From: the human T2T-CHM13v2.0 reference genome, Homo sapiens
Direction: 5' to 3' (one strand)
DNA length: 64,000 nt
NCBI RefSeq assembly: GCF_009914755.1
Contig: NC_060936.1
In this document: positions 38,430 to 50,645 of the stretch, one piece after another
Layout: each line of letters starts with the position of its first letter
How positions within the stretch are numbered: position 1 is the stretch's first letter
Program-made: the position numbers and the translations under genes
The notes under the pieces: model-generated
The model's input: only the letters and a program-made list of their open reading frames with translations
Told to the model about the DNA's origin: nothing
Databases searched by the model: none

Positions 38430-39247
38430 TCCAAATGGTTAAGTTTCTATGTACAGTTGCTGACATAAATGATGTGGTGTGGTATTGGTGAATAAATAGA
38501 CTGACCAAGTTAAAAGACGTAAAGATTTAATCAATTCAGAAATATATACAATTACTATAGAAATTGAGCATACAAAAAATGCAGCATTAAGTTGGGCATG
38601 GTGGCTCACGCCTGTAATCCTAGAACTTTGGGAGGCTGAGGCGGGCAGATCACCTGAGGTCAGGAGTTCGAGACCAGCCTGCCAACATGGCAAAACCCCT
38701 TCTCTACTAAGAAATACAAAAAATTAGCTGGGCCTCATGGCACATGCCTGTAATCCCAGCTACTCAGGAGGCTGAGGCAGAATTGTTTGAACTAAGGAGG
38801 CAGAGGCTACAGTGAGCCAAAATCACACCACTACACTCCAGTCTGGGTGACAGAGTGAGACTCAAAAAAAAAAACAAAGCATTATAAATTGTTGGGCAAG
38901 AGTTTTTTTTTTTTTAAACAACAAATAGTATTGAGATAATTTTCTAATTAAAAAGGTAAAACCATCTATTTGTCACCCTATAAATGAAAAAATCAAAATG
39001 GAAAAGAAAGTTATGAAGTTATGGATAAAAATAATTAAATTATGCTAATACCAGAGGAAAACACTGGTAAATTTTTTATAACCTAGGAATGGGAACATTT
39101 CTCCTATATAAGTTATACATTTTTTCTAAAAGAAGAAAAATTAAAAGTCTTAATACCTATAACTTGATATTTTTGGCATGGGAAAACACCATAAGAAAAT
39201 GATATATGACTAATTGGGAAATAAATTTTTAATGTATGTCAGCAAGA
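38430..39247 (+). mobile_element. Old L1 (L1MC-like) ORF2 piece; resumes at ~48140
   Basis: GTGTGGTATTGG...AATAGAC; TTTTTATAACCTAGGAATGGG. Confidence 0.55.
38590..38874 (+). mobile_element. AluSx-like
   Basis: GATCACCTGAGGTCAGGAGTTCGAGACC; AGCATTA flanking repeats. Confidence 0.9.
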
Positions 39248-39568
39248 TCCTGAAAGATGTCAGGAAGATGAAGAGAGCTTCAGGCCCTCTGTTTTCCCTA
39301 GAAACATTGATTTAACAATCATGCACAGACCAGAGCACTTCTGCAAGAATTCTATAGACCAATTGAGAACTTACAGAACCTAGATTAATATAAAACCCGG
39401 AAAGGATTCCAAGTAAAAGAAGCAGGAAAATGCATAACATTGTATGTGCTCATCTGTGTTCCTCCAATACCGAGGTTTCTACCCCATGATGGAAACAAAA
39501 GAGTGGGCCACACATCCAACCTTCTGGCTATCTCTGGTTTCTCTCTTAACCTAACAAAGAGCAGCAAT

Positions 39569-39908
39569 TGATATGGTTTGGCTCTGTCCCCACCCAAATC
39601 TCATCTTGAATTGTACTCCTGTAATTCCCACACGTTGTAGGAGAGATAATTGAATCATGGCGGGCAGTTTTCCCCATACTGTTCTCATGATTGTGAATAA
39701 GTCTCACAAGATCTGATGGTTTTATAAGGAGTTTCTGCTTTCACTTCTCTCTCATTCTCTCTTGCTGCCACCATGTAAGAAGTGCCTTTCACCTTCCACC
39801 ATGATTGTGGGGCCTCCCCAGACACGTGGAACTGTGAGTCCATTAAACCTCTATTTCTTCCCAGTCTCGGGTGTGTCTTTATCAGCAGCATGAAAATGGA
39901 CTAATAGA
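39569..39908 (+). mobile_element. THE1A/B MaLR solo LTR
   Basis: TGATATGGTTTGGCTCTGTCCCCACCCAAATCTCATCTTGAATTG...GGACTAATA; TSD GCAAT / GTGAT. Confidence 0.9.
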
Positions 39909-40925
39909 GTGATAGACTAATACCAACAGCCAAGTTCGGATATCACTGAAAACAGAGGCAAGCATCATAGCACATTAGAGCTTCAGTTCCACAGGCAGGT
40001 GCCAGGGGAAGCAAGAGATCAGACAAGATTTATGAGGTCCTCTTTATAGAAGCTCTGGCTTGGCTGACTGGTGAAGGTTTATTCCTGCCTAAAGCTAGTA
40101 TAAAAAGACTGGATGAGGAGGCTGTTTATTCAAATATCCATATCTCAGGAAATAATTGTAAGATATACAAAGAAACAGGGAAATGAAGCCCAATCAAAGG
40201 AACAAAATACAACTCTAGAAACTGATCCTAAAGAAACACAAATATATGAGCTTGAAACAAAAAATTTAAAATAACTCATAAAAATGCTCAGTGAGCAAAA
40301 GGAGAACACAGACAACTAAACAAAATCACAAAAATGATGTATAAGAAAACAAGAATATTAGAAAACAAACAGAAACTACAAAACAAGAGCAACCAGAAAT
40401 TCTGGAGCTGAAAAATACACTAAAAAATACACTAAATGAAGTAAAAAGTTTACTAGAGGGGTTCACCTGATTAATTCCAGAAGCTTCGAGAACTTTAAGT
40501 GTAATTAATCCAAAGAGAAACACAATGAGATGCATTATAATAAAACTCTCTAATTCAAAGACAGAATATTGAAAGTAGTAAAAGTGACTCTTTATATACA
40601 AGAGAATGTCCATAAGATTATCAGCAGATTTCACAAAAGAAATCTTGCAGAACAAAAGATAATTGGATAAAATATTCAAAATGTTGAAAGAAAATAAATC
40701 TGTCTACCAAGTATACTGTACCCGAAAAAAATTTCCATAAAAATGAAGGAGAAATTAAGACTTTCCCAGATAAACAAAAGCTGAGGAAGTTCATCACCTC
40801 TAGTTCTAGTGTAAATGAAATGCTAAGGGAATTTCTTCAAGTTCAAATGAAAGAACATTAGACAGCAACATTAAGATGAAGACAAATATTTCTCCAGTAA
40901 GGGTAAATATTAAACCTCTTTGATG

Positions 40926-40970
40926 ACTGAAAGAATGGCAAAAGCCTCAATTACTTTTGCACCAACCTAA
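40926..40970. mobile_element. Half MADE1 (Hsmar1 MITE), one TIR only
   Basis: AATGGCAAAAGCCTCAATTACTTTTGCACCAACCTAA|TA. Confidence 0.8.
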
Positions 40971-41799
40971 TACATGTATTAATATCAATATAGTAACCTG
41001 TATTATTGTAATTTTGATGCAGGAATTTAAATGATAAAACATTAAAAAGCCTATAAATCTATTCTAATGGGTATAAAACATATGAAGACATAATTTGTGA
41101 CATCAATAACATGAAATTGGAGTTTGGAGCTGTCAAGAATTATTATTTTTTGTATGTAATTTAAATCGTTTTCAGTTTAAAATATAAATTTTTTTATGTA
41201 ATTGCAACAATTATAAAAGACGTTCACTGTGCACTGATTACCATTACAGTTCAGTGCCTCTCAGGTTGTGTTTGTATTACTTGCCTGAGTCCGTTGTGAC
41301 AGAACACTGACATACACAATGAGTTACGTGAAGCAGGTTTATTACTTATACAAAGGTAACAAGAGGACAACAGAAAACTAGGACTCATGATGAGACAGTC
41401 CCAGAGGCTCAGGAAAACTACACAGGGTGTATTGTGTCTTATCTGTGTGTGCTCTACTTGTACCATAGCTTAGGGACCATAAAAAGTAGCATGCTCTGGG
41501 TTTTCTACCCTGGGGTAGCCACATGACATGCTGGGCTAAAATGTGGAAGGAAATAATGTTTCCAGGAGGGACTGGAATAGAGGCCCAGCTATTTCAGCAA
41601 CTTCCTCCTTACCTCAAGATGTTGTATTTCCAGCACATTTTATAGTTATTATTGAGAACTATAGGTGAGAAAGAAGAGAGAACTATATCAGTCCAAGGCC
41701 ACACAGAGAACTATTCTTCAGTCCACTTCTGTACCCAGATATCCTCCCTTAGCAAAATTTCCTGCAGATCTTCCCAGATATGGAGACAGAGGTTTGTCT

Positions 41800-42620
41800 T
41801 GCTAAATCAATATGATACTTTGATTGACACAATCTTAGTGCAACATTATTGAGCCATAGTGAGAATACATTTTACTAGACCCAGGAAGGTTACTACTACA
41901 AGCAGAAAGGTCAGGCCTTCCAGGAGCAGTGGCCTAAGCCAAGAATCCCAGAAATTCAGGTGAGAAGTTGCTAAAGAGGTGTGTGCCCTGGAGTTTAGTT
42001 ACTGAAGAGGTCACAGAAGGATCTTTTGCAACCAGTGGACCTGCTTCTGAATGTCCTTCATTTGTATCTCTGTAATGCCAGAGGTGTTTTTCTTGGTACA
42101 GCAGGAAGTGTTGGCAGTTGCACATGTTCCTTTCAGTTAGGCTAAAAGAATAACTAGAGCTATTCTGTTGCCTATAACAACCTTCCTAATGGAGTTGAGA
42201 GATGCCTGCTGGGTTGCTAAGGCAGTAGCAGAGGAGGAAACAATACATGCCATGGTTAGGGACAGATTTCTTGCAATTTTTTTAATGGGCCCTGACTCCT
42301 ATGTATGATAGCAAAGATCTCATAAAGGACATAAGTCCATAGTCAATTACATATCTTGGCAGGTTCCTTGTAAAGCTGGTGTACAGCTATAAGCTGTTGG
42401 CCAACAGTGCATCTCATTCCCAGGAGTGATATACATGGGCACTGTCAGCATTCTCAACATGCAGGATTCCAGCATACACCAACTTTCCAGGCATGACATT
42501 GTTTACCCCCTATTTGGATCATCCCTGACTACCTTCAGTGAAAGATGTAGCCCTCAAGTGCACACAGTACACACTTCCCTTGTTTTAGTGTTCAGTGACC
42601 CATTCGTGGGTATGGAGGCA
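41800..42620 (-). pseudogene. Decayed gamma-type retroviral env (SU C-terminus plus TM)
   Basis: Manual translation: RNLSLT...QQASLNSIRKVVIGNRIALVILLA*LKGTCATANTSCCTKKNTSG...WLQ, then FWDSWLRPLLLEGLTFLLVVVTFLGLVKC (ISU-like, CX6CC, TM anchor); stops and a frameshift. Confidence 0.85.
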
Positions 42621-42812
42621 TTAACATTTTTCAGTTGTCTTTTGATGCTATTATTTTAACTTTTCAAGGGGATCTAGAAATATTGTCATAAGGGCTCCAG
42701 TAACCAGGAGCCCTCAAAAAGTATAAATTCACCTTCTTAAAAAATCTTTTATATTGACAAGTGTACGGGGCCACTGGCCTCCAGTGGGAATCTGGAGACC
42801 TGGTCCTCCTCA

Positions 42813-43010
42813 CTAACTATGGCATTCAGCCTGAGATCTTTTGGTCTGCATTATCCCGTTATCAAACAAGCACGCCAACCAGGCTGGATGAGTCTCCCCT
42901 GACTTTTGTTCATACTTGTCCTTTAGATCTTGATTCTCCTTTTCTCTGTGGATCTGCATTGAGCATGTTGGTTCCCTGTCAAATGACTTGGGGACCACCT
43001 GAACACCCAT
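42813..43010 (-). pseudogene. ERV-L-type gag remnant
   Basis: ORF track KYEQKSGETHPAWLACLFDNG...SQAE resembles recalled ERV-L gag LYKQKSGEQAWEWILRVWDNG...DQAE. Confidence 0.65.
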
Positions 43011-46000
43011 CTCTTGAGCTCTCTAGTCACAAAAATGATCATTGATATAAGTCCCCAACAACCAGAGGAACATGCACTGTGGTTCCCTGCTTTCACATTC
43101 CTTTCCCTTTGCCTCAATATGTGCAGCCAGCTCACTCACATCTCTGGGGGAAAAAGAGAGGTAATCTATGCTCCACTTATCACACTTCCTTCTCCATAAA
43201 TTATCCAGCTGTATTTACAGACACTTCATTCCCAAGCTGATTTTTTTTTCCCATGGGCCCAGTACTGAGGGATATTGGCTTTACTGCTTCAGCAGGAAAC
43301 CATGGTTCTGTCAGATTGATCTTGCTCACTGCATGAATTATGTGAAGCAGACTTACTGTGTAAGTGTTACCACTTCAGTCCACTGCATCTTGGCTTGTAC
43401 TTTCACTGCTTGCCTGAGTCCAAACAGACAGAACACACACAAACATACACACACACATTACATGAAGCAGGTTTATTGTTTACTACTAGGCAGCAAGAAG
43501 CAACAAGCCTAAGATTCATGATGAACCAATTTTCCAAGGCTCAGAAAAGCTGTCCAGGGTGAATGGAGACTTGCATGTACCTACCTTACTTGCACTGCAG
43601 CTGAGGCACTGCAAAAAAGCAGCCCAGCCCGGATTTTATACCCTGGAGAGGGGCATATGGCACATTGGGCTAAAATGTTGATGGACACCTTATTTCTAAA
43701 AGGGGCTATAACAAAGCCTGATATATTCTAGCCAGTCCTTCCTTATCTCCAGAAGATGCATTTCCACCACATTCTATAGCTACAAAAAAAGAAAAGGTTG
43801 AAGCCCTCGGTTAGTCCATGTCCACCCAAAGAACTCTTCTGCAGTAAATAAAAACAAAAAATGTAGAGAGAATATACACAAGAGGAAATGAAAAGGTAAT
43901 CAAAGCATACCATTACAAAAAAAAATCAGTGAAATACAATGGAGGGTCATTAGGGAGGAAAGAGACAAAATAATTTATAAACATGCAGAAAACAAGAAAA
44001 TGGCAATAGTAAGTCCTCTGTTATTAGCAACTACTTTAAATGTAAATGAATTAAATATCCAATCAAAAGACTTGATTGGTTTAATGGATAAAAAAAACAA
44101 GATCCAACTATTTGCTGTCTATGACACACACTTTAAATCTAAGGAAACACATAGGCTAAAAGTCAAAGGATGTTAAATAAAAGTATTCTGTATAATGGTA
44201 ACCAAAATAGAACAGCAGTAATTAAAATAACATCAGACAAAATAGACTTTATATCAAAAACAGTTACAAAAAACAGAGAGACATTATACCATGATAACAA
44301 GGTTAATTCACCAAAAAGATGAGAATTATAAATCCTTATGCATCAAATATCAGAGCTCTTAAATATATGAAGCAAAGTTTGATAGAATTAAAGGGAGAAA
44401 TAGACAGTCCCACAATAATAGGCTATGCCAATACCCCACTTTTAATAATAGATGGAACAACCAGACAGAAGCTCGAGAAAGATATAGAGGCCTTGAAGAG
44501 CACTATAGATCAAGTGGACCTAGGAGACATACACAGAACACTCCACACTACAACAGCAGAATAGCTATTTACCTATTCTTCTCAAGTCCACTTGAAATGT
44601 TCTCCAGGATTGAATACATTAGGCTATAAAATAAGTTTTAGCAAATTCAAGAAGATTGAAATCATACAAAGTATCTCCTCTGATTACAGTAGAATGAAAC
44701 TAGAAATCAATAGCACAAACAAAACTAGGAAGTCCATTGATATGTGAAAATTAAACAATATATTCTTAAACAACTAATAGGTCAAAAGAGTCACAAAAGT
44801 ATTTAGAAAATATTTTGCAATGAGTGGAAATAGAAACACAATATACTAAGACTTGTGAGATGTAGTTCTAAGAGGAAATTCTACAGCTGCAATTGCATAC
44901 ATTAAAATAGAAGAAATACCTCAAATTGCCAAAATAACTTTTTACCTCAAGAAACTAGAAAAAGAAGAACACACTAAACTGAAAGCTAGGAAAGGCAAAA
45001 CAATTACAAAAATTAAAGCAGTGATAGACCACGTAGAGAATAGAAAAACGGCATAAAAATATCAGTCAAACCAAGAGTTGCTTTTTGAAAACATCAGCAA
45101 ATTTGACAAACCTTTGGTTACATTAACTAAGAAGAAAGGAGAGAAAATTTAAACTAGCTAAAATCAGAAATAAAAGAGGAGACATTATAGAGCAATGCCA
45201 CAGAAATAAATAGGAGCATAAGAGAGTACCATAACAATTGTATGCTAGCAAACTGGATAACTTAGAAAAAAAGAAGTAAGTTCCTAGAAAATACACAATC
45301 TACCGAGACTGAATCAGGACGAAAATCTGAACAGACCGTTAGTAAGTAAGGAGATTGAATTCATAAACTAAAACCTCTCAACATAAATACAAAAACAAAA
45401 CTCAATACCAGATGGCTTCCCTGGAGAATCTAACAAACATTTAAAAAGGAAAGGACACCTATCCTCCTGAAACTCTCCAAAAATTTTGAAGAGAACACTT
45501 CCAAACTTATTCCATGAGGCCATCATTACCCTAATACCAAAGCCAAAGACATTGCAAGAAAAGTACAGACCAATAGCCCCCGATGAATATTAATGCAAGT
45601 ATTTTCAACCAAATACTAGCAAACTGAATTCAACAGCACATAAAAAGGATTATACACCTTGACCAAGTAGGATTTACTTCTATAGTATAAAGATGTTTTT
45701 ACATATAAAAATTAATCAGTGTAATACAATATATTAACAGAAATAAGAACAAAAACCACATATTCATTTAAATTGATGCAGTAAAGCATTTGACAAACCT
45801 TAACATGCTTTCATAGGAAGACCACTCCAAAAACCAGGAAGAGAACATATTCAACACAATAGAGTCACTAATGAAAAGCCTATAGCTAACATCATACTCA
45901 GTGGTAAAAAAGTGAAAGATTTTTATCTAATATCAAGAACAAGGCCAGGATTCCTACTTTTGCCACTTACATTCAACATAGTGTTAGAAGTTCTCACCAC

Positions 46001-46750
46001 AGTAATTAGGCACAAAAAATAAAAGACATCAAACTGGAAAGGAAGAAGTAAAATTATCTGTTTACAGATGACATAAGCTTATATGTAGAAAATCCTAATG
46101 ATTCCACGAAAAAAACCTGTTAGAATAAATTAATTCAGCAAAGTCATAGACTAAAAAATCAACACACAAAAATTAGTTGTGTTTTTATACACTAACAATG
46201 AACAGACAAATAGGTTAGCAACACAATTCCATTTACAAAAACATCAAAAGAATAATATACTTAGGCATAAGCCTAATGAAAAAGATGAAAGATTTGCACA
46301 TTGAAACTAAGAAACATTGCTAAAATAAGTGACTACACAACTAAATGGAAATGCATCCTATGTTCATAGATCGGAAGACTTAAATTTTAATAAAATCCCC
46401 ATCAAAATAGCAATTGCATATTTTTCAGAAATAGAAAACATATTTCAAAATTTATTTGGAATATCAATAGACCTTAAGTAGCCAAAACAGTTTTGAAAAA
46501 TAAGAACAAATTTAGAGGACTTTCTGATGAGACCAATCAATAGGTCAATAGGGAAATGACAGTCTTCTCAACAAATGGTGTTGGGAAACTGTATGTCTAT
46601 ATGCAAAAGAATAAAGTTGGACCACTATTTTACATCATATACAAAAATTAATTTAAAATTGATTAAAGACCTAAATAGAAAATCCCAAACTATCAAAGCA
46701 CTAGAGGGAAACATAGAAGAAAACCTTTAGGGCATTGGACTTGGCAATTA

Positions 46751-47143
<393 letters not shown>

Positions 47144-48139
47144 CTACATCAAACTTAGAAACTTTTGTGCATCAAAGACTCAGTCATGGAATGGTAGAAA
47201 ATATTTGTCAACCATATATCTGATAGAGGTTAAATTTAAAAACTCTGGCATCTAAAAAACAAAAATATTAAATAAACCAATTAAAAGATAGGAAAAAGAC
47301 TTGAGAAGACGTTTCTCCAAAGATGATATAAAATGACCAGCAAGTGTATGAAAAGATGCTCAAAATCACTAATCATCAGATAAATGCAAATCAAAACCAC
47401 ATTGAGATATCACCTCATATCTATTGGGATGGCTACTATTTTTAAAAAAGAACCCATAAAGTAAGAACATACCAATTGCTGTTAAGAAAGCGGAGAAATC
47501 GGAACTTTTGTTCACCTTTGGTGGAACTGTAAATTATAGCAACTGAAGTGACAAACAGTATGGAAATTCCACAGAAAATTAAGACTATAATTACCATATG
47601 ATACAGCAATTCCACCTGTGGATATGTATACAAAATAACTGAAAGCAAGATTTCAAAGGGATATTTGCAATCCCATGTTTATAGCAGCACTATTCAAAAT
47701 AGACAAAAGGTGGGAACAACACAAATGTCCAATGACAGATAAATTGATAAACAAAATGTAGTATATACATGCCATAGAATATTATTCAGTTTTAAAAAGA
47801 AATGAAATCCTGCAATATACTACAACATGGATAAAACTTAATGACATAATGTTAACTGAAATAAGCCAGTCACCAAAAGGTGAATACTTTATGATTGCAA
47901 TTAATAAGTTTCCTAAAATAGTCAATTTCATAGAAACAGAAAGTAGAAAGGTGGTTACCAGGGGCTGGGGAAAAGGGGAACAGGGCATTGTTGTTTAATG
48001 GGTATAGAGTTCAGATTTGCAAGATGAAACTGTTCTGGACATGTTTCACAATAATGTGAATATACTTAACACTATTACATTGTAAAAGTAGTTAAGATGG
48101 TAAATTTTGTTATCTGTTTATAACATAACATAAAGTACA

Positions 48140-50130
48140 CAGAGATTAAAAACATAATAAAAATAACCAACAATTCCATGAAAGTGGGCTGAGGATATGA
48201 AAAGGACGTTCAAGGAAAAAAAACACAAAAGCCTTTTAATCAATGCCTAACCTTTCTATTGAAAGGAAAATACAAAATACAAGTATAATAAATTACTATT
48301 TTTTACAAATAAGATTTTCAAAAATTAAAAATTTTGATAACACACAATGTTGGTTGAACTACATAAAACAGGCACTCTCACTCATCTCTGTTGGGCAGGT
48401 AAAATAATTAAACTATTTGTAGAGGGATTTGACAATATGTAGAAAAATTAGGTATTATTCTATTCTTTGGCCCAACAATCTACTTCTAAGAATTTATTCC
48501 AAAGTTTATAGTGGGAAAAATTATGGAAAGATATTTTCTGTGAATGATTCATAGCAGAACCATCTCTAATGGCAAAATATTTATAAAAATTCAAACTTTC
48601 ATTAATTTTTTATGAAAAATTATTTTTTTAAATTTTAGTTGGGGCCCGGTTGAAGTACTATGATACACACATGCAACGAAAAACCGTCACTGTATAAAGG
48701 AGCAAGAAATATCCGTAAAAACATGAATGATATTTTATTAAGTGAATAATGTAAGTCAGAGAAAAGTATATATACAATGATACTGATTACCTTAGAAAGA
48801 TCAGTGGCATCAATATCTATCTATCTAGCAATTATCTATTATTTTATAATTTTAAAAAAGTAAAATTCAATCATAAAGTTTAAAAGCTGGTTAGCTTTGA
48901 TGGGGAAGCAAGAAGGATGGAATAGGGTGTTAGCTAGACTTCACTGATAATATCTCCTTATGTAGATTTAACTATATAACAATAATATTTTAAATAATTA
49001 TAAAAAATCTAAAAAAAGAAAATGCAATTGCTAAAATCTAAAATAAAAATGAACATATAAACCCAAATTGTTACTGGGTTGGTGGCATAGCCACATGGAA
49101 GTGATGATTCCATTTGATTTTAAAGCATTATAATCTTTATCTACATCCTTCTTGGCTATAACCAGCATAAAAAGAACTCCAAAATTAAAACAAAGCACCT
49201 TAAAATGTTTTCAGTAATTATATTGTGCTGATATGATTATCCTGAAACTTGCCTGTGTGTATTATATGATTCAACAAATAAGTAAGTTGTGATGTTTATT
49301 AGTTCATTCTCGTACTCCTATAAAAAACTGTCTGAGACTGGGTAATTTACAAAGAAAAGAGGTTTAATTGACTTATAGTTCTGCATGGTTTGGGAGGCCT
49401 CAGGAAACCTACAATAATGGTGGAGGGGGAAGCAGGCACATCTTACTTGGCAGCACGTGAAAGACAGAAGGTGAGCCAAGGAGGAACTTGCCAAACACAC
49501 ATAAAACCATCAGATCTTGTGAGAACTCACTCACTATCACAAAAACAGCATGGCGGAAACTGCCCTCATGATCCAATCACCTCTACCAGGTTTCTCCCTT
49601 AATACCTGGGGATTACAATTTAAGAGATTTAGGTGGGACACAAAGCTAAGCCATATCATGGTGTTATTATTAAGAACAGCATTGGAGAAAAGATAAACAG
49701 ATGGAACATATGAGATATTAAGCAAATTCCTTGTAATCCTGAAGTAAATTATTAGAAATATCAGAATAAACTCATGATAGTTTATTTTAAACATAAAAAG
49801 CTAGTAACAACAAAACAAACACACACAAAAAACATTTCTTAACCTTGTTTGCTATAGAAACATAGAAACAAGCTCTAATTTAATGGCACAGAACACTCAT
49901 GCCCATTGGGATACCAATTAGGGATACTAATTGCAATTAATTAAGGGACATAAGTGATATTTAAATCCATGAGTTCGTATTGATATTTTTAAAAATAAGA
50001 AAAGAAGAAAAAGCAAGAAAATATCTATTGGTCACCTCTGGAAGGTGCAAAGGAATGAACTTATTTTGAAAACTGTTAAAGGAAAAGATTTTTGCAATTT
50101 CTATAGAAAAATCAGCCTATGAAAATATAG
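48140..50130 (+). mobile_element. Old L1 (L1MC-like) ORF2 end and long 3' UTR
   Basis: AAACAGGCACTCTCA, CAATCTACTTCTAAGAATTTAT, TTTAAATCCATGAGTTC, ATTGGTCACCTCTGGA. Confidence 0.6.
49295..49658 (-). mobile_element. THE1D-like MaLR solo LTR
   Basis: GAGACTGGGTAATTTA...GGAGGCCTCAGGAAAC...CCATATCA; TSD TGATG / TGGTG. Confidence 0.85.
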
Positions 50131-50419
50131 CACTAAAGAGAAATAATGAGTTGTTTGGTCTAACATTAAATGTGTTTTATAAACGGGTATCTACAGGAGG
50201 TATGATTTAAAAAAGTGAGTAACTCCTGTAATACTAGGCAAAAGTTTGGCATAATGCTGAGTACAACAAATGTTACCTTACAGTTGTTTTTTTCTCATTT
50301 TTCTCAAATTATTGTTAATTCTATAAAACACAATTACCAAATTAAGTAAGGTTCAGATTCAGATTCCCAAATTAAGTAAGATTCAGAATTTTTTAAAATC
50401 AGAAGCGAAAGGATGCGTG

Positions 50420-50645
50420 CTGTGATCCTATTTCCACTTAACTTTTTATGTTGCATAACTTTGGGCAAATCATATCATCATATTTCTGAGCCTCAATAAT
50501 CTTGTGATAATATGGGGATAATAATCTTTTCCTTTGTCGCCTCATAGTTTTGTTTGTGAGAAATAAGCTTATATTTTTGAATGCACCTTGTGACCTATAC
50601 AGATGCTTTTCAAATGGCAATAAGTGTTTTCAGCATTTATTATTG
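50420..50645 (+). mobile_element. MIR
   Basis: ACTTTGGGCAAATCA...TCTGAGCCTCA...ATGGGGATAATAAT. Confidence 0.55.

Larger units (their letters stand above)
41211..43843 (-). mobile_element. Internally deleted class III (ERVL/HERV-S-like, LTR53-like) provirus with two LTRs
   Basis: Direct-repeat LTRs at ~41211-41720 and ~43341-43843 (shared TTGCCTGAGTCC, TGAAGCAGGTTTATT, TGGGCTAAAATGT); PBS-like 43319-43336; purine tract next to the 3' LTR; gag and env remnants. Confidence 0.8.

Noticed and set aside
40926-40970. MADE1 as a mir-548-type hairpin precursor
   Set aside because: Only one terminal inverted repeat survives, so the hairpin cannot form
41800-42620. env remnant as a domesticated syncytin-like gene
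   Set aside because: Several in-frame stops, a frameshift, a degenerate furin site and a missing SU N-terminus
44319-44564. ORFs resembling endonuclease or RT (also 18365-18622, 60142-60360, 61080-61265)
   Set aside because: Short open stretches of decayed L1 ORF2; no intact ORF1 or ORF2 exists in the window
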